From positions 1 to 48,616 of the forward strand of contig JYFJ02002930.1 in the NCBI GenBank assembly GCA_000934665.2: DNA of 48,616 bases, in the 5' to 3' direction. Both the position numbers and the translations under genes were made by a program. The notes beneath the pieces are model-generated. The model did not search any database and had not been told where the DNA came from. It worked only from the letters and a program-made list of their open reading frames with translations. This document shows positions 35,376 through 47,988 of the stretch, piece after piece. This stretch comes from Catajapyx aquilonaris. Its lineage: Eukaryota. Every line of letters starts with the position of its first letter. The first letter of the stretch is position 1.

Positions 35376-38019
35376 TTTTATTATTAATATTTCTCTCCTC
35401 CTTAGCATTTGACAATGGCCCCCGTCAGACAGTCCCTAATGGTATTTTAAATGTGCTTTTAGTCGCCCAGCATAGTGGTCACAGCGTTCGCCTCACCACC
35501 AGGGGCGGACACCCCAGCAGCCTCCACCCCTGCCACCGACATCCGAGTGACTGCAGCAGCCGTGGCGGAGGCCTTAGAAGCCGCCATGGCTGCCCCCACC
35601 TCTCAGGTGAGGTTGACATGTTAAGGGTGCAGCCAAAATGACACTTCTGGCACAAGTAAAACTGTTTTGTAAAAGAATCATGAGCGTATGTGTGTTCATG
35701 ATATGTACAGGGTGATACGAAAGTTGTGCACTTACTCTCAGATCTCGATTCCTTGAGATACTATGCGCGAAAAATTACCCAGGTTGAATTTGTTGGAGTT
35801 CATAATCGGGGTAATAAGACATTTCAAAGGGTTCACATGAGCACATGGAGCAGCCCTATAAGCCACTCTAATAGGAGTGGCTTATTATTGTTAACCTGAA
35901 ACACCATCACATCAATTTAGATAGCTTGGGATTGAGTTGACTTTTCCGACCAACAAATTTTCTGATTAGATTGAGATTGATTTTGAGCAGACTAGTCACA
36001 TCTCATAATAATGCGTTTGTAGGCTCATCTGCCTCTGCCTTTCCCTACCAATCCACTGCTGCAGCCGCCCCCACAGTGGAGCCCACCAGGGTAGTGGGCG
36101 TCTCCTCCTCATCTGTGAAGAGGCCCTCCGAGGTGAGTTTCTCATTGACGCGTAGAGGGTGTTGGCACAATGGCACTGTCGCCTAAAGTAAAACGGCTCT
36201 GTGAATAAAATGTTGAAGTCTCGTTACACATGACAGGCAATTCCTCCATGAGGGACCTGTGATTGGGGAAGGTCTACCACAATCGAAAGGGATCTCAAGA
36301 TTAGTAGGATAATATGGCCACAAAGAAAAACAAGAGGATGGCAGACAAAATACGGGACACCAAGCATGGTCCTAGGAGTGTCCGGTATAAGGCGCAGTGT
36401 CCATGGGCAATTACCCAGGACTTTTGACTGTCAAGGGCCCTTTTCAACCAGCTGGCAATGCGGACTTGCAGAGACTGTACGCCCATCGTCCAGGGCCGTC
36501 GTCGACATCGGGATGTGACAGTTGCATTACAGAATAAGAGTGCTGATCATGAGAACTCATCATCCAGAACCTTCCTTGACTGCATTGCCACCAAGCACTA
36601 CAGTAGACCATTTTGTAAAAACTGAATATGAAAAGGCTTTCTGGCCTGGCTATCGTTAAGTCCATATGACTTTATGAAAGTAAAAATCAACACCAGAACA
36701 TGTTACAAATGAGAAATTGTTCATTGAAATTGTACATAATGTTAATTTGTAGGACGGTTTTGATTCCCCAGGGCGACGCTTGGGCCACACCATAATATTA
36801 TGTAGGGAATTTAAACCGGAAATCGAACAGTAATAAACCAGGGCTAAAATTGCTACCGTTGACTACATTCAATGAATCCTATTACAACGACCTTCCACTT
36901 CACTCCTTATTGTGATGCCTCCAACAATGTCCACCTAATTTCCCTTCTTCTCCCTGGCCCCTCATCCACATCAATACATACCTAATTTACAAGAATTCAT
37001 CAGCCAAAATGCTACCAAGCTGCTCCAATACTCCTTGGAATGGTCCTTGGAAATACACAAGATGCTAAAACCGGAGCATGATTTAAGAACTAACTCAGAA
37101 GGTGACTACAGAGAGTTTGCTTGAATATGAAGTGGCTTGCATCAACCTTGTGCCCCTTTCACCCATGTTAGTATTAAATCAGGATTTTAAGGTGATAATT
37201 GAAAACAAGGATTGACGCTCATCAAGCAATCAAGATGGACATAATCCAACATGGCGGTATCTTAATCCTGTCTGTATCATTTCAGGATGCTGGGGACCAG
37301 CCGCAGCCCCCCCCCCCCCCCGCGGTGGTAAGGGGAAGAAACCTCTCAGGTGGTGGTTGCCGGAAGTAAGTACTTCTTCAGCACTAGCTGAAGAACATTG
37401 ATAGTCTTTGAAAGAGAATTGTCATTGTGAAATGTGAGGCCTACAAGGTGATCTTGAGGGGGCTAATAATCATATAGAGGTCACGTGGTTACACTGTCCA
37501 AAAATCAGTACAGCAGGTGTGGAAAGTTAGGAAAAGAAAGCCAAGTAATGTGGAGAACTGACTGATTGGTCTTCGTCCGTGTAGCTTCATGTTTATCTGA
37601 ATTGATGGAGAGGAAGATGACGTGCTTTGCATAATTTTTAGGCTGGTAAATGTTAGTGTGATTGCGAAGTAAGAAAAGCGAAGCAATGGAAATATTGAAT
37701 TGAGGGGTGTTTCTTCCCCCTTACCATTAACATTGTGCTACGTTTGAAGACAATATTAATTGGTGCTTGATTGACATTAAGTAAAAATCAGAATGAAGTT
37801 CATGATTTGCACGGAACCTTCCAGTTTACCTAATACTAGCGTCATATGATGTAGTTAGTTCCTAAAAGTATTGCATCTTGGTTTGTCCAATGCACCCCTA
37901 TGTGTCTGCACACATTTCAAACAAACAGCCTGATATTTAACTTGTATTTTGCAAAGTATTTTGTAATGTGAGAAATTGCTCACACATCTCCTGTTCCCAA
38001 TATTTAATAAAGGGATGGA

Positions 38020-38460
38020 AAGTAGTCATGCCTGGAAAAAGGGGCGGTGAAACAAACAACTGCTTACTGATAAAAGGACGGAATTTTGATTTGATCATGC
38101 GAACTTGCAACAATCAATCGGCCTGCCACCTATATCCTGCTTCACCTTGAATCACTTCCTCCAACCAGAGGATCTCACTTGGTGATCAGAGCTCGTAGTT
38201 AGTCAAGCTTTTTCCGAATCGGCCCCCTGCGCGGTGAGCATGTCTTCACCTGCCAGCCAAATGAGGAGCATTCACATTCGACTTCCATTGCAGACCACCT
38301 TTCTTCATGGAGGAGGAACAGGGAGGAGGGTGTTCCGCCCAATTAGGGGTACTCCAGAGGCTGTAAAGGCATTCAAAATTGCAGCCACAGGGACACATCA
38401 ACCAGGAAAAATGACCCATTGATACCTCTGCTCAACCAGATTCTGGAGGTGAAGGTGCAG
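38020..38460 (+). repeat. Duplicated block (paralog ~43918-44403)
   Basis: GTCATGCCTGGAAAAAGGGGCGGTGAAAC...CAACCAGATTCTGG is near-identical, with one internal indel. Confidence 0.9.
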
Positions 38461-39214
38461 GCAGACCTGGAAGGTCTATAACGTACCACTTGGTCAACAT
38501 GCACTCCATTCCAGATGCAATGTACAGTCGCCGACGTATTGATTGAATCACTTGCGAGCCGATTTCTAACGTTATCCTGGATATTCAGAGCAATACCGCA
38601 CAACATCTTGCGAAATCCAGTGAGGCGACCGGCGACTGTACTTTCCGAAAATGTCACACCTCACCCTCCCCTTGCAGTTGGAGTTTGCCATTGCAAAAAC
38701 AGATGTCAAAAATCTCGCACATAACTACACACCCTGCTATTTTAGAAGTACATAAATATTTCCCGAATGGCACACGACATTAAAATCGCTTCTCGCCTGT
38801 GCGAATTATCAAGAGCCAATTGAAAAAAAAATCATCTCACACGCGACATGAATATAGCTTCTCACCAGTGCCGTGCGGGGGTTCTCATATGAATTATCAT
38901 CAAGTGCCAATTAGAATTATTAGACAAATCCAAGAGATCCTAAGTTTTGTTATCTGCTCTGCTCAATATTGATTGCATAATTGCAGTGCCATAAATGATT
39001 TACTAATAATAATTATAAGTACATCAATGAGGGGTCATTTTATAGGTTTCCGAAAGTTTCCCCGTTTAGGCCATGGCAACAGGCTCAACGACAAAAATTG
39101 ATGATACAAGCCATTCGAAGGATTAAGTAAGTGTAGTCCATTATTACTACTGTACGTTGTGTGAAGACTACTGCAATCAAACACAAGTTTACTTGTGGTG
39201 CTGATGGTGGTAGT

Positions 39215-39400
39215 GCTGATGGAACTGCCTGGGTCCCGACGGAGCAGACCAGAATTTGTAGTGCCCATTTTCTTGGAGGCGAGAAGAGCCAAGATCCCAG
39301 AAGTTCTTCATTTATACCGACAATATTTCCAACTCACAAGTACATCCGTAATTCAGCAGCTGCCACTCAGCGATACAAGAGGCATGTCAAGCGGCAAGAG
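39215..39400 (+). pseudogene. THAP-domain C-terminal half
   Basis: DGTAWVPTEQTRICSAHFLGGEKSQDPRSSSFIPTIFP contains CSxHF and the PTIF box, and ends at a GAG|GTAATG donor. Confidence 0.8.
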
Positions 39401-39694
39401 GTAATGTGTTGCATGTAGTAATTTTTACATATGGTACAGGGCTGAAAAACGTAGCCTTGTATCCAGGCAAGAACTGTGTAGTGGAGAATTTTTAGCATGA
39501 AAATATGACTAATTGAATTTTGGAGCAGCAGGGCTTAACTAGGGTTTTCAATACTCATTAATTATTTCGGGTTTTAAATGAACTGACATTTAATGCACGT
39601 CAGACTGGTACTATAGACCTTTACTCATTGCAGCCACTGTTGAATGACCTTGGCTGTGAAGACCCGAATGCTAGTGGGAGCACTTATGAAGATG

Positions 39695-39790
39695 AATTAG
39701 GTTTAGGGTACACAGTGTTGGGTAAAATATTTGGCATCCATAGGACAACTGCCTCGGACATTTTCAATGCTATCCTTACAAATCTCATAT
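39695..39790 (+). pseudogene. Helix-turn-helix fragment of a PIF/Harbinger-ISL2EU-type transposase
   Basis: LGLGYTVLGKIFGIHRTTASDIFNAIL. Confidence 0.55.
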
Positions 39791-40519
39791 TGCATAATTG
39801 ATAATGGCGACATGGCTCGCATGGTAAATCTGTCCCATTGTAAATTTGTAGGAAAACAACCTAGGTAGCTCTAGATGGTTTGCTTCTATGCCGATACACC
39901 CAATTTATTCTCTCTTTTTTTACACTCGCAGGGCACAAGTTTTGTAACATTGAATTGTAATTGGTGGTGAAATGTACAATGTATGTAAGGGAAGTATCTC
40001 TGAAAATACCGTAAGGTGCTCGTATAAAATAAATCTAACCAACAATTCTGTGGGGGCGTCATCTTTTCCTCTCCTGTACCCGAACGGACAGGGGAGGAAG
40101 CATGAATTATTGTCCTAGCCAGTTTGTTGCTGTTGGCTGGCCGTAAGACAATAGGTTCAATGTCATTCCCTGCTGTCGTCTTTTCCTCTCCTGAATTCAT
40201 ACGAAAGCCCAGATCCCTCGAATGCCTTCATTATTGGAAAGCAACTGAGTGTCGTTCCTTCCTGTTGTATTATGGACCATATGTATTCCCTAGCATTTTA
40301 CCACATAAGCACTATTGTCATTTCTTGCTGTTACATTGTGCAATTTTTATTTTATTTGGCGATCGAGTACTTGATTCATCTTGGTTGTCTTTTCCCCAGA
40401 ACGTATACATTAGTGAATCACGAGCTTGTCCTTAATCAAATAGACTTTTTAAAATATCAAAGTGTCATCAATCACAAATGATGATCATATGTCGGGACCC
40501 GTCGCGATGTATGTTACAC

Positions 40520-40718
40520 CCGTTTAAACCCCACTGGAAATGTCTGGGGCCTCATGAAGAGGGGCTTCTCTGGGCGTCGGTTCACCAACAGCGCTCTGGG
40601 ACGTCCTCCTGCAGGAGTGGCCCTGCCTCCAAGTAGCTTCTCCGGAATATCATCGACAGCATGCCGCGGCGGCTGGAGGGAGTAATCCGGCATGGTGGGG
40701 ACTGGACCAAGTACTGAG
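40520..40718 (+). pseudogene. Tc1/mariner transposase C-terminal remnant
   Basis: LNP.GNVWGLMKR..LWDVLLQEW..IIDSMPRRLEGVI..GDWTKY* read across frameshifts. Confidence 0.8.
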
Positions 40719-41305
40719 CAGTGCCAATTGGAGACATCAGCTGCACGAACAACAGCAGCAACTGATTGAGCAACAGCAGCAACAACTGGAGCTCCAGCAA
40801 CACCTGCAGAACCTGTAGCTACGGTTTCTGCAACAGCTGCGGCAACAGCTACATCAGTTCTCATCTTCTTCACGTTCAATAAAATGACTCCGTATATTAT
40901 AGCAGCACGACAGTCAAACGAATAATCTGCTCTTGCTCCGTTCTGAAACTTGTACAGTTGGAAAGGCCATGGCATGGATTACAAAAGCTCTCCCTAAAAA
41001 TAAGCTGCATTGCCAAATGTTTGTGCTTGACATGAAAGGCAGCAAAAAACTCAGGGTAGCAACTCAAATCACTTACTCCGTGTATCTAATCATAAGCAGA
41101 AAATTCCATTTGCAGAAGGAACACTCGCAATAATAATCAACATCTCATCGTAAAACGCTATTGGCATGAGCAATAGCCACACATTCCAAACAAGCAAGCA
41201 AGATGACGAGGAGTATCACGATCCTTATATTGAAGTGGCCTCCAACAGGGCAACATGCTTCTGTAGTTACACTTTTTATCATGTTCATTGGTCCCAACGA
41301 TTATG

Positions 41306-43145
41306 ACTATTCACAATTGAAATATGTTTTATGAGCGAAATTTTGCAGACATGTGATAAATTACCGATCTCAAAATTTGGGCAACCCTTCATTTGACCAA
41401 GAGTCTGTATTTTGAAACCTTCATAAATCGGCAAGAAGACATGGACACACAGGAATTCAAGCCATTTCAATGAATCATCGGCCTGCCAGGTTTTGACACT
41501 ATATGCATCTGCAAGTACCAAACAAGATGATCAACCCCAGGACAACCTACAACCTCTGACGACACGGTACATATCTGCCAGAAGTTGACAATTTTTTGGT
41601 ATCATACAATAACACTGCGTTTTGTAGTGTCTGACGATAGTTTTCTGCTGAATGATGCAGAATTGCGACTCTAGAGTGTTGCGTGAAGAGTAAAGACCAA
41701 CCAACGACTTTACACAGGGGCTGACTATATTGATGTGATGTCATGCCGTTGTAGGAACAAATTGGCGGTGAACCTGCTGGACAACACACACACATCATGT
41801 CTGTATCACCCCTGGAATCCATCATTACAAATAGCAAATTATATATTGAAGGAAACAAGATCAATTGGATGAACGCACAAGAAATTATGATGAAAAAATC
41901 CGTACCTTTCAACTTACGACGACACATTACATCCGCCAGAAGTAGAGAATGCTTAGAGGCATACATAAATTGCAATTATGAACGAGGCACATCAAACTCG
42001 ACCCTGCACAGTAATGGATCACTGCTGTAGGCTACATGAAATGCCTTAAAACCCAGACTGTAAGTTACCAATTAAGCCAGTGATTTAACCACTTGTTACT
42101 CAAAATTATTCTAATTACATTTGATCTGGGCATGACAATTTGTATCTAGAGCTCAAATCAGCTGCCCAAGGTATTAAACTATCAGAAGATAGCCCAACTG
42201 CAATAAGGAATCGCACCTTTTAAAGCAAGCGACAATCACCATTGCTGCCTGCTGCTTTATGCTAATCCTTCTCACTGCCATACAGGCAGGGCGAAAACCA
42301 AACAATACAATGATCAACCTCACTTGCGGACAACTGGACAACCACAAGGTCACATAAAGCATACATACATGTATAACACAGTGCCCTGTGATTATGCATG
42401 TCAGCATCTCGCTTCCCCTGGTGGGGCTGGGACCCTGGGTGTGGCCACTAGGCGGAAACGGGGCCGGACACGTCTTCTCTGCAGCCGAACTCCTGGAGGA
42501 ATGGAAGGGAGAGGGATGGTGCCTCAACGAGAGGCACAGCTAGAGTTGCGCAGAGTGGCCAGCGCCTCCAATCGTGGCAGAAGAGAACTGCCAGTCTCCA
42601 TAAGCGCATAAGGGACGTAAGTGGAGGAGACCAATCAAACATGGCAGACATCACACCACTCTTAAATAATACGGGATAGTTGGGATCGACAACGCTATTT
42701 CAAGTATTTGATGGCAGCTACTAGAAATATTAGGTTCACACTGAATAATTCCGAAGAACATAATCAAAATTTGACTAATTTTTGGACGTGAAATATTCAC
42801 CAGTTTCACTGCCAATCAGTGGAGACATTCATCCACTGAAAAGTACTTCAGGAGGTGCGGTAATCACCAGCCAGCTAATATTGGCAGCTGATGTCCACTC
42901 CGGCGAGTAACTGTTATGAAGATGATTGCGTCACACGATGCAATACCAAACGGGCCGCTTTGAACGCGACGTCACGAGCTGTGTCGTTTATTAATTCACC
43001 GCTTGATTCGTGTGGAAGTTGAACGAAACCCTTACAGTGTCTTCCTGTAAGCCCATAAAATGTCACATGCAGCTGGTAAGCCTTTCATTTGCATATAGTG
43101 TAATTCAGTGTACTCGAATCTAAATCTAACGCAAACAGTGACTCA
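41306..43145 (+). repeat. Composite block, copy 3 of 3
   Basis: Colinear with copies 1 and 2, and ends at GCAAACAGTGACTC like copy 2. Confidence 0.95.
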
Positions 43146-45319
43146 CATTTTCATGTAATGGACACAAATAGATCATTACGGTCAGTTCGTGTATCCTTAC
43201 TTAGGTAATTCCTCTTCAGACGGATTTGCCACTGTTGAGCCAGGTGTGCACGCATCGCTTGGATGCGACGGTCAGGGTAAATTTTTGGTATTTATTATAC
43301 GTACCAAGAAAAACCAATATCGTGGCGCTCTCAGAGAAGTAGTCACGCAATCGCCTCGTAGAAAGCACGTGTCACAATATATTCGCAACTGTAGCCGTCC
43401 AAGTTGAGTGAAATACACTGTCCTTGGCATAATGACATGCAATACTCAAGCCAAGCTTACAAATTAAATGCAACTCGAGCTGTTCAATTTTGCACATATC
43501 TTACAATCCATTGAGAATTTGTTTGTTTGAATTAAAATCGTCATTTTTGCCTGATGACTCCCTATAGATTGACGTCTTGCGACATGTGGAGCTGGAAGTG
43601 TGAGGGAAGGAAGGATTGACACCACACAAAAGCTGTTTTTGATGCTCCGAGTGACCGTATACTGTGAGCTAGGCTTACACAATCAGCATTCCAGTGCAAG
43701 TTGCGTCTCCTGGGTTAAAGGGGAATAAGCATTACATCCAGTATCACCAACAGTGCTCATGTTAAGTGTGTTCAGCACCAAACTGCATCGAGACAGAACA
43801 TTTTCACTAAGAAGTCAAACTAGACAGATCACCAGGAGAACTAGCTGTTCAGAACAAGTTATATCACTTGCCGAAATAAAAAGTGGGGCAAGAGCGCAAG
43901 ACTAACCGATCACAGTGCAAGTGGTCATGCCTGGAAAAAGGGGCGGTGAAACAAACAACTGCTAACTGATAAAAGGACGGAATTTTGATTTGATCATGCG
44001 AACTTGCAACAATCAATCAGCCTGCTACCTATATCCTCCTTCACCTTGGATCACTTCCTCCAACCGGAGGATCTCACTTGGTGATCCGAGCTCATAGTTA
44101 GTGCATAGCATCTGCTGATATTCGTACCCTGATTTTTATGTTTGTCTGGCTTTTTCGGAATCCACCCCCTGCGCGGTGAGCATGTCGTCTTCACCTGCCA
44201 GCCAAATGAGGAGCATTCACATTCGACTTCCATTGCAGACCACCTTGCTTCATGGAGGAGGAACATGGAGGAGGGTGTTCCGCCCAATGAGGGGTACACC
44301 AGAGGCTGTCAAGGCATTCAAAATTGCTACAGGGACACATCAACCAGGAAAAATGACCCATGGATACCTCAGCTCAACCAGATTCTGGCAGTGAAGATGC
44401 AGGAGGTCTTCCAGAACACCATTCGGGACTTCACTATCCCCATTCCGTCATTAAAGGAGTGATTACTAGGGAGTTAGTCTGGGGAAACAGGAGGGCCATT
44501 TCCCAGATAATTGGGCACCTCCTGGAGAAAGAGACTGGCCAACAACTTCCTTCATTGCCTCTCCTGCATTCCATGAGTTATGCAGCAAGCCTTGAACCAA
44601 CATACCATCCTACACCAGATTGCCCTGAATCGCGCCAGCAATGGGCGAAACAGCGAAATTTCTGGCCAATCATTTATGCCACACATGACATGAAAATGGC
44701 TTCTGACATGCATAGATTCATTAAGAATAATTAAGGTTTCATAGCCTGTAGGGTCCACCTTCATAGATATTCCATTTGAAAGCAATATTTCGAAGGTTGC
44801 AATGTAAGTTACTGTGCAGAATTTTTCACTGACGAAATGCAACCGCACACACTCGGGCATCATTACAAGTGTGACATACGTACATGCTCCGATACTGGCC
44901 ACCATGGGAGATATTAGTGACAAGGTCATCAACCCAAGGGAACTCATGATAAAAGACAGACAGGGACATGAGTTGAGATTTCTACGTCATCTGCAGATAT
45001 CTTGTGGACAGCTGTTAGCCATTTGACATTGTTGAGTGAGTTTTCACAACTTTGCAAAATTTCTAGAAAGTGTCATTTCAACACCCATCAGAACCTTCTT
45101 CTTACCCCTTTACCCTGATGTGCTCTGGTTTCCTTCTACTGATATACTTTGCATAGTGAATCCCTATCGGCCAACTGGTTGGGTTTATACTTTACCAGAA
45201 GGTGAAAAGAAGGTTGCAGATGTCACTAAAAACTTCCTGGATCCAACAAAAAAACAATGCCCTTGAGTTCACAGCCACCATACCCAACATATGGGGAAAA
45301 AAGTACGAAGAGACTTTGA

Positions 45320-45730
45320 TTGATTGATTGATTGATTAATGGTTTAATGGCGCAACAGCAGCAATGGCTATACTGCGCCAAGCACCTGTGACGTTGTAGG
45401 GGAGGGCAGGCAAGGCCACCCCACCCCCAACGTTAACTGAACAAAATGTTTTTTTTTTTTTAAATGAGATAATGAATTAATTAATTAATTATCTTATTAC
45501 TTGAGCATTTATTACAGTAGCGACTATAAAATTTCAATAGAGTGTAACAAGTGAAACAAAACGCTACGAGTATATTTTTAAAATGCAACAGTTATAGATC
45601 TCTATACATGTTGGTTCTTTTCAAAAAAGAAAAGAGAGCCAACATAACAGTGGGGTCCGCAGAGTCGGACAGCAGATGAGCGAGGGTGGAAGGAGCGGGA
45701 TCTCCCGCCCGCAGGAGACGCCCGCAGGAG
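45320..45730 (-). mobile_element. Non-LTR retroposon insertion with an (AATC)n tail and 15-bp TSD
   Basis: TSD ACGAAGAGACTTTGA at 45305-45319 and 45731-45745. The minus-strand 3' end reads TGGCGCAGTATAGCCATTGCTGCTGTTGCGCCATTAAACCATT(AATC)n, an I/Nimb-like stem-loop tail. Confidence 0.85.
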
Positions 45731-46953
45731 ACGAAGAGACTTTGAAAACCAGACATTGCACAGGTTCTAGCTCATCTAGTTCCTGAGCAAATAGTCCTGA
45801 ACTCCTTCAAGATGCAGATATTTGGCTTGAAAATTTGAATATTTGGTTACTTTTGCATTGCAGGCAAAAAAAAAATCTGTGGTTTTCATTCATAACTAGG
45901 TAAGGACACTTGGTACACCAAGTTTCATGAAAAGGACAGGGGTCAAGGCAGAATCAGTGGGATGATTTGACATGGAATGACTCTTTGATGACTGGTGGAT
46001 GGTCCATTAAGATGCTGCGGGGCAGGTGACATAGATGCAGATTTTCTGGTGATGGTGTAACTCCGTCTGTCGCATCTAGTCCTGAACGAGTAGAAGTCGT
46101 GGATTAGGCCCCTGGGTCTTCTTCCCAACTGCCACCCTCACGTCGTCCCCACCAGCACCCCGCAAGGGATCTCTTGATGGTTAGGGGATTGAAGCCCATC
46201 CCACCCATATTGTCCCAGAGGCCTCCGTATCCATGTTGATCCTCCAAGTCCTCCCACTCAGTCCTCAGCTGTCTGGACCCTTTGCAAAGCTTGAAGACCA
46301 AATCCACTGGTTCTATGAAATGTTACCAGGTCCCAGGATCTGTCTTCTTCATTGTCAGGTGCACTTAGCAAGCACTTAGTCTAACACACCAGTACTGGAA
46401 TTGCTCATAACTTGGTGCATGCTTGGTGATTGAAGTTGCTGAATGTGGGCAGTACTTTGGCACAGAAAAATGCTTGTAGAAGAGAATGGCACTGGAACAT
46501 GGCAGGTTGGCTGCACCAATGGGTAGGTGCATTCAGGTGAAACTCTAGAAGGCAGCTTGGCCAAAGGATGGAGACTGTTGCCACTTGAAGTCTCCACATA
46601 CAAATGTCACTTGTAGAACCACCCTGTAGCAACCAGTTTGGTGACGTTTGGGAAATAAGCTTCAAGTGCGTCCAGCCAAATCCAGGTATCCGTTGCTGTC
46701 ATACTCGTAGCCCCAACTGGGGCTTTGGCAGCTCATATCTGCACAACCTGTCAAAGACAAAAAGGACAACATCAAGATTTGGTGTCATGCAATTACCCAA
46801 TAAACACACTTTTTACAAAATATTCTAAAGGCAATGCAAGTGGCACTGTCCCTCAACATGTGAGCTGTTAATATCTGGTTGAAACAGCAGAAGTCTATGT
46901 GCAATATTATATTGCCTGTCCATACAATAAAGTAGAAAAAAAGTAGGAGTGGG

Positions 46954-47988
46954 CAGGGTTGTGAACCGAACCGAACCCTTGCTCCGTGAACCCGATAACA
47001 TCGAAGCCGCTCCGGAGTCTGGAGCGAGCGTCGGAACGGGGTACGGGTTCAAGCCGGTTCAGGGGAAGAGTGGAGTGAAGGTCTGAGCTGGTTCGGAGCG
47101 AACGGCTCTGGAGTTGAACCCGGTTCAGGAGCGGGGTTCGGAGCGGTTCAAAGCTTGGTTAGGTACAACATACCAACCCAACAGGGGGAAAGGCAGCAAA
47201 ACCGCTGGATTTACTCCAGAGTATGCATCATGTTTTCATGGTGGGAGAATGACATTTCCAAGCACCCGCGATACAGGGTGTACCGTACATGTCACATTTT
47301 CATGTCATGCACATTTTGGTATGTTACAATATGTCATACGCATTTTTTGGATGTCACATTCTCATGTCATGCACATTTTTGTATGCTACAATATGTCATA
47401 CGCATTTTTGAATGCCTCAATATCCCATACCCTTTTTTTGGATGTCACATTCTCATGTCATATGCATTTTTTGTATGTTACAATAATATGATATTGTCAC
47501 ATACAAAAATGTGCATGACATATTGTAGCATACAAAAATGCGCATGACATGAAAATGTGACATTTACGGTACACCCTGTATCGCGGGTGCTTGGAAATGT
47601 CATTATCCCACCATGAAAACATGATGCATACTCTGGAGTAAATCCAGCGGTTTTGCTGCCTTTCCCCCTGTTGGGTTGGTATGTTGTACCTAACCAAGCT
47701 TTGAACCGCTCCGAACCCGATCCGGAACATGCTCTGAACCCCGCTCCTGAACCGGGTTCAACTCCGGAGCCGTTCGCTCCGAACCAGCTCCGACCTTCAC
47801 TCCACTCTTCCCCTGAACCGGCTTGAACCCGAACCCCGTTCCGCCGCTCACTCCGGACTCGCTCCGCCCTTGGCTCCACTGAACTCCGGAACCGCCTTGA
47901 ACCCGTACCCTGTTCCGACGCTCGCTCCGGAGCGGGTTCAATGTTAACCGGTTCACGGAGCAAGGGTTCGGTTTGGTTCACAACCCTG
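46954..47988. mobile_element. Non-autonomous hAT-type foldback element with ~400-480 bp inverted arms
   Basis: TIR CAGGGTTGTGAACC / GGTTCACAACCCTG, 8-bp TSD GGAGTGGG (46946-46953, 47989-47996), GAACC subterminal repeats, and ~62-bp tandem repeats in the centre. Confidence 0.92.
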
